Shown here one piece after another: positions 53,370 to 64,000 of a stretch of DNA of 64,000 nt; within the stretch, counting starts at the first letter, position 1, and every line of letters begins with the position of its first letter. Position numbers and translations under genes: made by a program. This stretch comes from Octopus sinensis (Eukaryota). The notes beneath the pieces are model-generated. The model had not been told where the DNA came from. It worked only from the letters and a program-made list of their open reading frames with translations, and made no database searches. The stretch covers positions 62,620,001-62,684,000 of the forward strand of contig NC_043006.1 in the NCBI RefSeq assembly GCF_006345805.1. Reading direction: 5' to 3'.

Positions 53370-54345
53370 GCCTTAGTTGTGGACGTGGACGCAAAGCTTT
53401 AGAATACATTTTCCTCTATGCTGTGCGAGATGACATTGCTCGTTCCAAGTCTGAGTCAGTGCACAGTCCTGTGTCTTGCATAAGTTCATATGCGCCTGAA
53501 AGCAGCCTTGAATTCTTACAGAAGAAAAACACGGTGACAGGTTGATCCGATCAACAGGAACTGTTGCCTACGAACTTTAGCTGTCTTTCTCTGATTGTCC
53601 GACTGACGGGCGGTAAAGATCCATCATATTGATTTGTTTGATATACGGTCGGACTGAGATATGTTAATGATCTTGCGAAAAGTAAAGTGTATGCGCCTTA
53701 TAGATATCGCCGTTGGGCCACTGTTAGAGACCAGCATTCAGGACCTTAGAGAGGGGGCGTATTCTAGTGTAGAAGGAAACAGGCGTGGTGTTAGGTCACA
53801 TGACTGTGGTGGTGCTTTCCAAATTTTCCATAACTTACCAGATTCTGACCATTTGTCCTAGTAGAGCAAAACGAGAATCCAACAAACTCAATGGACCCAG
53901 CAGCTTCTTCACCAACTAATATGGTCTATGTCTTCAAGTGGATTATGGAGAGACCAACATCAATAGCAGCAGACTACAGATTTGTGAGGAGAGTTTGAAC
54001 ATTTAGGATTGTAGGCGAAATCGAGGTCAGTGAGGTACGATCCAAGAGAACATTAACTTTTGTGGGGACGGTGAGTTCTGCCTAGTTCAGATACGAAAAG
54101 CATGCCGCGGTACATAGTCCAACATCTTATTTAAAAGAAATGAAGCTTGTAATAACTACCAATGTGTCAACCAGGGATGCATACGAAACTTTTGCAGTCT
54201 TCATAGATAGAGGGAAAGGCATTTAAAACTTCACTTGGCATGCCGTAGATGGAGAGAATCTGAAAAGTTCGCTCATAGTTGAAGGAGCCAAAATATTTTC
54301 TTTGCTGAGATAGTTTCAATGAGTTGACGGCGAGTTAAGATACGT
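53370..54345 (-). mobile_element. RTE-clade LINE relic (RT to 3' end), degenerate with deletions
   Basis: RILTRRQLIE...FQILSIYGMPSEVLNAFPSIYED...LTDLDFA...SAAIDVGLSI...LWKIWK...ECWSLT...PPVSRTIRERQLKFVG. Confidence 0.75.
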
Positions 54346-54822
54346 TCAATGGTGGAGCTGCCTTTGTGTATGCTATTTTGATATGATAGTAAAAGTGTTC
54401 ATTTTGTCTCAGGCACGACCTAGCAAGCATGATACAATCGACTTCTGATAGATCTCCCTGTTTTGAAACAAGGAAAATGCAGTTCAACTTGAATTGCACT
54501 GGAGCATAACATGAAGTGTATGTAGAATTTAAATCATTAAGAAGTAAAGTAGTAAATCGTGTTTCTGGAGAACCTCTGAAAATCCGAATTTGAACAGCTG
54601 CTGTACAACAACAACACACACACGAACAATTTTGTTTTAACATCAATCACACCGTTGTTAGCAATATTCCACCTGATCAAATTATCTTCTATGAACCATC
54701 AGCTAAACAGCTCAAAAACGACAAATCGTGTTTTCTAAACTGTGTTCATCCTGAGCTTCTTTGAAACCGCGAGCAACCCCTTTACTTCCTCCTCTACTCA
54801 ATTCTGTACAATAAATATATAT

Positions 54823-54860
<38 letters not shown>

Positions 54861-55375
54861 CACTCACACACACAAACACACACATATTCTCAGCATAAAA
54901 GACACTTAATAGTGCTCCAGTGAATCAAAAATATATTCCGATGTCTTTACAGGTGATCAATTCGACGGGGTAAAGAATGGTTATAAGAGGCATCACGTTG
55001 GGCAGATATGGACGCAATTATAAACAAATTAGATATGTTAAATACAACAGTTTACATATACAATACAAAATATGTATATTTGCATATATGGAAAACGATA
55101 GAAAGCAAAGAGTGAAGACTTCAAACGATGAATATTTAAGTATAAATATATACCGAGTACAAGCTGATTTATTCCCAAACTGTTATGCTTGACATATCTA
55201 ATTTATTTATCAATATAATTGTCGCCATAATTGTAAACCTACCCCCTCTTTTAGCCATTCTTTACCCCGTGAAATTGATCCCCATCAAAAATATCGGGAT
55301 CTAAGTTTGAATCATTCGAACACAATTAAGCGTCTTTTATATACATACAAACATGAGAACATATATACATAAATG

Positions 55376-55434
<59 letters not shown>

Positions 55435-55739
55435 GTATGTATAAGTAATATTATATCTCTGAGCAAGAAATAAATAGAAGTAGTAGGGAATCGTAAAGTA
55501 TAATTGCCAACTAGATATGGCGTTCCTATAGAGGAGTTTGTGACTGTTGCTTTTAGACACTCCTGAGACTAAAACAAAAAGCAGTAGTATCGTCCTCATC
55601 TAGTTGGCAATTATATTTTACTATATAATCGCGTATAATCACAGGGATGTGAGTTCGAGTCTCATGGCTGGACGGTGACAGATTTTTCTGCAAAATAGGG
55701 ATAGTTTATTCTGTTCATAATATATTATTAGCATTATCC

Positions 55740-56920
55740 TCCATTTGACAATAAACTTATTTCCTTATCCGTATCTTTCAATACATCTCAACGCTTCTAA
55801 AACAAACTTTGTCTGTTGACATTCAACGTAAGTTGAATTTAACGTACTATATTTGCTCCCTCCACATCTGCAAAACTTTTTCCTTTAAGGACTTTCCTCA
55901 TTCAGGGGAACAAAAAACTTTGCAGGGAGAAAGATCGGGTGAATAGGGAAGGTGAGTAAGGGGGGGTCATGCTACTTTCGGTCAAAAATTGTTTTACACT
56001 CATGGGGATGTGCGCAGGCGCATAGTTTGTGATGAAACCCCCACTCGCCACTTTGTCACAGGTCGGACCGTTTTCGTCAAATCGTGTCTCGTAAACACTT
56101 TAGAACTGCAGAGTGAAATGTCTGGTTAACATTTTGGCCAGGCGTAGAAAATTCTGAGTGGTTAATTCTTTTCGCATCGATGAAACAAACCATCATCGTC
56201 TTGACATTGTACTTCATTTGAAGCAACATTTTGGGGAGTGGTGACATCGAATGCTTCTATTGACTTGATCGCTGCCTCGTTTCCAGATCGTATCGGTAGC
56301 ACCAGCTTTCGTCACCAGTGATGACTTTCGAAAAAGGTCCGTATCAACTTCCAGCTGTTCTTTCAGTTCACAAGACGCATTCAATCGTAACTGTTTTTGA
56401 TCTCCCTTGAGCAATGAGGTACGAATTTACTTCAACTCGTTGGAAGGAGCTCCAGGACACGCCAGTCATATCAACAAGCTTGTCGATGTTTCGGAACAGC
56501 TCTTGAATTTTTATGATGTTTTCATTCGTTTGGTAGGTCGACTGCAGCCATGTACGAGGTTGGTTTTCAAAAAACAAGTGTTCTTTCATAAAGCGTGAAA
56601 ACCAGTTGCAAACGTGTGTTTTGTTCATGGCAGCATCCTTGTAAGCTTTTGAAGCATTACAACTGTTTCGACCGCAATTTTCCCCAGCAGAAAAAAGAAT
56701 TTCACGGCAACACACTGTTCCTTCGTTTCAGTCATCGCAAAAATCGGCGAACAGGGGAGAAGCATTGTAAAACAAAGACATATTACGTGGCAGTACGACC
56801 TTACGCCACAACATCGGTGGACAGATTGATACCTGAGTGTTGCAACACGTGGCTTCTGGCGGTAGAAGCCTGAAGTATGACGGGCTTGTCCACAGAGAAT
56901 GTTTCTGGTTCCCCATCGTA
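55740..56920 (-). mobile_element. Mariner-like (Tc1/mariner) transposon, pseudogenised; 5' TIR plus TA retained, 3' TIR not found
   Basis: MTETKEQCVAVKFFFLLGK...WFSRF...(K)VITGDESWCYRYDLETRQRSSQ...HDPPYSP...FLFP*MRKVLKGKSFADV. The left end reads TA-cgatggggaaccagaa at 56920. Confidence 0.88.
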
Positions 56921-58257
56921 TAATGTGGTAATGTTTCAACAAGTAGAAAAGCATCGATCAGCTAAAAGAATGAAGAGAATCGAACAAGAAGAAAAATAGA
57001 AATCTTGCAATTATAGCTATCCTGGCTTTCGTGGTCGAAATGATCATTTATTACGCCATTTACCAATCTGAAAAGAAGACCGTTGGTCAGTTGCTTTTTT
57101 AGCAGATAACTTTTAAACAAGAGAAACTTGTAAAGAGGATGATAAAAAAAAAGCAGAGGAAATATATATTATACCCACTACTTATACCATTGTGGAAGGT
57201 TTCATATACATATAAACTTCTATTCTATTTGAACCTGCACGTTTCTAGTGTCATGTTATAGCATTATTGTAATTTATCAAAGATTTTCTTGGTAGACGAG
57301 ATCCTGGATACGTTTTCCCTCATATTACACACGAGGTTTTCTTTACTGTAAGCACATGGCAAAACCTTTTATGTATGCACGTTAGATTATTCTTAGGTTA
57401 TGGAAGTTCGTGGCGATGTAAAATAAATTTATATTACTGAGTATAATCACGAAACTTATTTCCAACGGGATGATTTTAAATATATAAACGCCTTCTCTTT
57501 CAATATAACCCAGACTCAATGCTTGTGAGTATATTGTTCTTTCTAGAGCTATGTAGCCCTCAATGTTCACATATTTTTCGATATAACGTATACATCATGC
57601 AAGCGCCAACATTATCTGAACCGAAATTCTTAGACCAATTTGGAGACTTTATACAGATGTAGGGATATTAAGGCCTGAGTCGAATCACAATTTATCACGT
57701 ATTTGCTGAACTAGTGTTTAGGTTACTAATATGTATGGAGAAGTACACTCTATGCAAGTGAAATCACTGACGTTCTTGAATTAATCTAAAGCAGTATGGT
57801 TGTTCTTTGCGTTGCTGGATATAAGCTGTTATTCTCCTCCTATCCTCTTTTTTTACAAAATATTATCTAACAGATATGCCCACTTCAGGATTGGAGGCAT
57901 TAATAACCCTTCATTAAGGATTGTTGGTGAAATGTTGAGAACCTTAAGTGTGATAAATGCTGTGCATTCGTTTATTGTTCGTATAATGGCATCTATTTTA
58001 ATTCAGCTGCTTGTTTCTTTGCTACATTGCTTACGATGTAATACATATGTTTGTTGGTTATCTTATGAATATGAATTATACGTACGTTCCAATTTATTGG
58101 ACATTGCAGAAACTCGTGTCTGAAAAAAATTGCATTTTATTAGATTTCATAAATTGTATTGGGATGTATATACTCGAAAATTGGGCATAAATATATTTGC
58201 TGATATATACAAGTACATACATATATGTGAGTGAGTGCGTGCGTGCGTGTGTGTGTC

Positions 58258-58294
<37 letters not shown>

Positions 58295-58733
58295 TTGTGT
58301 GTTTTAGTATGTGTAAATATATTAAAACCTTTATATTAGTGCGCCGTACACATGCACATGACATTCATGCGGGCATTTGACTGGCGCACATATGTATGTT
58401 AAAAGTCAAATACCCGCATGAATATATGTGTTTGTATGTGTGTGGAATGCATGCGTACATGCGTGTAGCTACATGCATGTATGTAGTGTGAAATCCAAGG
58501 TGAGATGGCTAGTGGAAGAGAGGTTGTATGGATGAATGGGATGATTAAGAAATATATACGTAATTATCAACATGTTTGGACGTATTTTCGTTTCTCCAGC
58601 TTATATACATATATGTGTGTCCGAACACGCACTTCTGGGCCTGTGTGTATATTTGTGTGCCACCTATGTAGCTTACTTCGTGTATGTATCTATGTATGAT
58701 TCCATACACAAATGCGCGCATACACACACAGAG

Positions 58734-58796
<63 letters not shown>

Positions 58797-58836
58797 TATA
58801 TATATGCATACATATATATGCATGTATATATACACA

Positions 58837-58879
<43 letters not shown>

Positions 58880-59003
58880 ATATGTGCGCATTTGTGTTTG
58901 CATGTATATATGTATATGTATATATATACATGTGTGTATATATATATACATATATATATATGTGTGTGTGTATATATATATATATATACATACATACATA
59001 TAC

Positions 59004-59051
<48 letters not shown>

Positions 59052-59734
59052 ATATACATATGTATATATATGCATGTGTGAATGTATGTATAGACGCTCT
59101 GAATTACTTGTACACACATATACATGGATTACGTAAGCTATCTCACTTATTGCCGTGTACTCAATAACAGTTCTCTATAAAAAAATATATTCGCAAAATT
59201 CCCCATTTATTAATGCGTATGAATACGGTATAATAATATAATAATGCATTTTTTTTTATTATTGTTGTTTCTTTTCTTCAGACAATTATGTTAACTTCAT
59301 GGAACTCCCATGCCAATATTCTACTTTGGGAACCGCTATTCAAAGTTATCTGCTTCTGATTAAAGTTTGCTTTTATTTTATCTTCGTTTCATAACGTTGT
59401 TATTCAAAGCCGTAATTATTGTTTATTCATATTAGCAGAATACATCTTCTATGACATATGGTTCACATAAGCATATTTTTCAAAGTATAATTGTTGAGAA
59501 ACAGAAATAGATTCATATCCAATTATCTTAAAGAGTTATACTACTTCTTTTGTGACATCACGTATTATATTACGTATTTGAACACGTATTGAAGTCATAA
59601 GGTAGCAGCCTGTACTTATGCCTGTGTATATGTGTGTGTGTATGTGCGTGTGTGTGTCTTTATCTTATATATATATATATATATATACACATACACACAC
59701 TTATATAAGCTGAACGAATTCCGTCGTATAAGCG

Positions 59735-59946
59735 TGTGGGGGGGGGGGCACTACGTCTGTGTTTGTCTTCCCATCACAGCTTGACAGCCGTTATTGGTTT
59801 GTGCATGCCCCCGTAACATATCGCTTCGGCTATATAGAGGCCGATAGAATAAGTACTAGGTTTTAAAAATACGTCATGAGATAAATTTGTTCGACTAAAA
59901 CTCCTTATAGTGGTGCTGTGGTGCTCCAGCATCTGTAAAATGACTG

Positions 59947-59950
<4 letters not shown>
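59735..59950 (+). mobile_element. Old, degenerate 3' half of the major SINE
   Basis: gcttgacagccg...gatagaataagtactagg...ttgttcgactaa...ggtgctccagcat...tgactgaaa. Confidence 0.7.
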
Positions 59951-59991
<41 letters not shown>

Positions 59992-60849
59992 TGTATGTAT
60001 GTATGTATATATATTCTGTGTGAATATGTATGTGTGTATATATGTTTGTGTATTGGCGTTGGCGTGGCTAAGTTTTGAGAACTGTGCTTCCTAAGTGCAT
60101 GGTTCTGCGTTCAGTGCACCTTGGATCCACTCATTCGATCTGCTGGTCGGAGGCACGTAACATCTTTACTAATGGAGGTAAGAATAGACTTTGTTCAGTC
60201 AGGATTGTGAAAAACCTTGAAACGAACGTCTTTGAAGCTAAAATTTCTTCTGAGCGAGATTGAGCCCGATACTAACAAAAAGTGGGCCCGTGATTATTCA
60301 GTCGCTACTGAAAACGCATTCCCCATTGCTCCAACATATATCCTGTTATGTGTCCTTAAGTTATTGGTGTTACTACTGTTGCTGTTGCTATCGCTATAGC
60401 TACCGTTGCTTTTGTTACTGCCACACATGTTGCTAGTGCTGCTGATATCACTGCCGCAGCTGCTATCACTGCTACTACTGCTGTTACTGCTGGACACCAC
60501 CACTGCCTCGTAGACCACAGCCTCGGAGTTGCATCGACTACCCACTGGGTATACGCTGAATGAGGCCCTTAACTTTTGTCTATAAAATAATCGACCGTCC
60601 CTATGCTATTGCGTCTACTAATCTGAGGAAGATCCTTCCCACGCAAGTCTTAACGTTTAGTAAGACAGGTGGGTCTAACCAAATGACCTTGTTTTGTGGG
60701 TGTTAGACCCCGGGAAAAAGTAGATGCAGTCTTTACACTCGCTGGCTGCCAACGCCCAGTTTCAATAGGTGAGGAGGGCAACTCCCAATTCCTCTTTCTA
60801 ACACTCTTCACCAGGTAGATGAAAGGGAGCTGTGTTAATGTACGACATC

Positions 60850-61260
60850 ATTTCAATTAGCTTTTGGGAAGGCATGTGTGAGCAGGTATCCAAAACGAGC
60901 GTAACATGTAAAAGTTAACTATGAAAAGATTGGTCTCGATTGTAATCTTAAGAGAGATAAACGTGTGAATTCGATCCTTTATAAACCGATTTGCACCGCT
61001 AGAGATTAGTAATGTGTCATCACTGTATAGATGAAAAAGGACTGACAGAAACATCATCATTAACGTGTCCGTCATATATAATTCTATAAAGCCTGTACTG
61101 ACAAATGCTCTCATCACCACGTCGAAGGAGGCTACTGGGTCATTTTGTTTGACACTGGCCGACCCATTGTTCAACAGCAGGGCTCTTATGGCGTGCATTA
61201 TTATATCTGTATCACTAATGTTAGTAAATTCCCTTGTGAACAAAGCGCCTTAACTAGTAA
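60850..61260 (-). mobile_element. Penelope-like RT relic
   Basis: IIMHAIRALLLNNGSASVKQN..SFDVVMRAF...LYSDDTLLI...LKITIETNLFIVNF resembles the PLE RT core and the copy at 42400-42750. Confidence 0.78.
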
Positions 61261-61496
61261 CCTTTTTGATATAGACAGATAAAAGTCTACTATATTGGAT
61301 TGGGTGAACCTTACCTGCCTCTAACCCGGTTTGCTTTAAACTATGAAATAACTTCATTGGTATTACGTTAATAGAAGAGATCATATATCTTCTTTATGCC
61401 ATTGTTGATGTTTCTAAAAAAAAACTTACACTCCAGCCCGATTTCCGATTTCACTGCACTTGTCTCTCCACCTCTCTCTCGCTATCTATCTCTCTA

Positions 61497-61527
<31 letters not shown>

Positions 61528-61792
61528 CTATCTATATATCTATTTATCTATGTATGTATATATGTGTGTGTGTGTGTGCGTGCGCGCGTGTGAGTGTATA
61601 CACATATAATATTAGGTGCATTTTATAAAAGTAAGACTGAGTTAATACTGCTTCTTGTTTGATATTTATGATATAATGATATATTTATGATAAAACGTAT
61701 CCCATTTGAAAACTGTGGACATTGAGTGGCCATACCATACATTCAATCTCTTATATGGAGTTCCCTAACAACTCCTTTGTTTATTTACGCAG

Positions 61793-61849
61793 GAAAATGC
61801 AATACTTAAGATACCATTTATACAACATTCACTCGGGAATGTATAGAAT
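61793..61849 (+). CDS. Candidate 57-nt exon (.KMQYLRYHLYNIHSGMYR.)
   Basis: Strong acceptor ctcctttgtttatttacgcag| and consensus donor at|gtaagt; symmetric phase 2. Confidence 0.3.
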
Positions 61850-62776
61850 GTAAGTTCGTGAGAAATTAATATATTATGTAGTACTTTGTAGAGAAGACAG
61901 ATTGCAACCTACGAACTTCTTCCTGTTCTGATATTTAACTTACTTTACATTATCAAATACAGTCACACCGAACCCAAGTCAATCGGCAGTCACACAAATA
62001 AATAAAAGAGAAATAAATCGAGTATCATCCCCACACATGGCTGCAATTAGTAATAATAATGGCATGCATTTGGACATTTTGTTGAAAGAAACCAAAACAT
62101 GTGTATCCCTAGCAGATGTGTACATTAGTTATTTCCCTCATTTATCTTGGAAAAGAAGCCTCTTCTAAATACAAACTGGATTCCTTTTGGTTTTCTACGT
62201 GAGATTATAAACGTTGTATATTTCCAATGCTTTGTGTATCGGATACGAAAGAGCTGTAGAATAGTTTTCAGAATTTTTATGCTGATTATGAAAAGAAGCA
62301 GAACGTTAATAAAATTAGAATAATATCAAGTTCTAAAATTCCAAATCAAATATTCAAACTACCCCTGTACATGGTATTCCAATGGAGAAAAGAGAGAAAT
62401 TGTTCAAAACGTTCTCTTTTACGAAATATAGAGAAATCAGTAAAGTATTCCTCTCGTTTCATTATTCAAAATTATTTAAAACAATTTTCAGATCAGATAT
62501 GTAATACGTCACACACCCAACAAATACGTGGTACCTAGGCGCCAATTGCTGCATTATAACTACTGTTGTGTGATCTTTGATAGCGATTTACTTAGACTAA
62601 ACACAACCGAGCCAACAATTTTGGCAATTTTCGATAATTATTATCGTAATAATTGACAGAAAAATCGACTGATAGTCAATTAACAAAGTGACATTTCATT
62701 AACAGAGAAAAGAACATGACCTTCATACGATAGAATATAATAAAAACACAGTCTGGAAATTATTATTCTTCCTATT

Positions 62777-62819
<43 letters not shown>

Positions 62820-62825
62820 TTCGAC

Positions 62826-62883
<58 letters not shown>

Positions 62884-63169
62884 TTGTGTGTATATAAAAT
62901 TGAGGCTGCATGTGTGTGTTTCTTTGTGTGTATGTGTGTGTGTCTAAATCAACATATCTTCTGAAGTTCGCAACTGATTTTCTCCAAACTGGGAACATAC
63001 AACACTTATATCACAGAGATGGTTTTAGACCCTTAACACTCTTTTGCATAATAAGTAACGGGTCCTCTGGGAGCAGAAAACACCCTTTCTTGAGATACGT
63101 GGGGAAGGGTGGGGGATAACTCTTTGCGAAGTAACTTTCAGATATTGATTGTCTTCTTCACATTCATTG

Positions 63170-63960
63170 GTCAAAAAATTATTATCTCAAATGTTTATGT
63201 GGAACAGCATTACTGGCTCCAAAAAATAGCACTGTAAGTAAAATTAATGTACAGATGCTAAAGTACTTTTCTGGAAGTCCTCACATCTATAAGTTGGTTG
63301 ATACAATCCAAGATCCAGAAGAGGTGATAAATTATCCAACAAAGATTCTCGATTCATTGGAACCGTCAGGACTACGTTCACACGGTTTGAAACTTAAACT
63401 GAGGACTCCAGTAATGTTATTGGTGAATTTGAATCCACCAACACTGCAATGGAATACACTTGGTAGTAAAGAAGATGGTGCCACATGTTATTGAGGCCAA
63501 CATTCTCTCTGGATGTGGAAAAGGAGAGGATGTTTTCATACCCAGAATTGCCTTCATTCCATTGAGAGGAGAAATTCATTTTTTATTCAGAAGAGTGCAA
63601 TTTCAGATTAGTATCAACTTTGCAATGTCTATCAGTGGTAGAACTTCATTTAGAAGAGTCATGCTTTTCACACGAGCAATTAAATGTTCGCTGCTCTTGA
63701 GTGGAATGCAAAACAAAATCCATTTGCATTTCTTTCCACAAGGGAACGCAAAGAATATTGCATACGAAGAGGTTTTGTAGGAATTATTACATCCTACGAT
63801 GCGCTCCAGTATCCACTCCTCTTTGTGAATGGTGAAGATGGATACCATTTCGGCATAATACCAACAAACCCAAAGACTGCATCAACAAAGCAGTTTCCTG
63901 CAAGGTCTTCAGTATCGAAGCATATTCTCCAATTACACTTACCAACGACGCAGTAAAACA
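63170..63960 (+). mobile_element. Helitron RepHel relic: helicase C-terminus (63170-63780) followed by a pre-Rep fragment (63781-63960)
   Basis: ALLAPKNSTVSKIN...INYPTKILDSLEPSGL..HGLKLKL.TPVMLLVNLNPPTL...VKKMVPHVIEANILSGCGKGEDVFIPRI...RRVQFQISINFAMSI...KNIAYEEVL*, then SYDALQYPLLFVNGEDGYHF. Confidence 0.9.
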
Positions 63961-64000
63961 TTACGCCTTATTTTTTTCAATTTGTTCGTACATATTCTCA

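Noticed and set aside
60560-60830. HDV-like ribozyme in a GC-richer repeat-like segment
   Set aside because: Only short motif resemblance (ctcgctggc); the nested double pseudoknot could not be built by eye.

Overview
AT-rich eukaryotic (metazoan) DNA saturated with microsatellites and decayed transposable elements. The repeat landscape (tRNA-derived SINEs with CORE-like and Meta-like domains, Penelope-like elements, R4/Dong, RTE, CR1-like and Tx1 LINEs, Helitron, mariner and Tigger relics) resembles an octopod cephalopod genome; this is recognition from memory, not a database result. No intact protein-coding ORF is present. Most ORF-track entries are microsatellite artefacts or pieces of dead TE proteins. 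Several short plus-strand segments with canonical splice sites and compatible phases (1.4-5.2 kb, 32.8-33.6 kb, 51.3 kb, 61.8 kb) may be exons of an unidentified long-intron gene, at low confidence. The most notable observations are: (1) a ~110-nt 28S rRNA retrocopy (39616-39724) that stops inside D7a, the hidden-break region, carries a (TAG)n tail and is fused head-to-head with a SINE; (2) a minimal hammerhead-ribozyme fold at the tip of a ~135-nt rod-like hairpin (9837-9971); (3) a 421-bp MITE with 30-bp TIRs, a 6-bp TSD and internal (TTAGGG)3; (4) a dense cluster of inverted SINEs; (5) self-nested R4/Dong 3' ends; (6) a Helitron relic with permuted domain order. Two local tandem duplications may be assembly artefacts.
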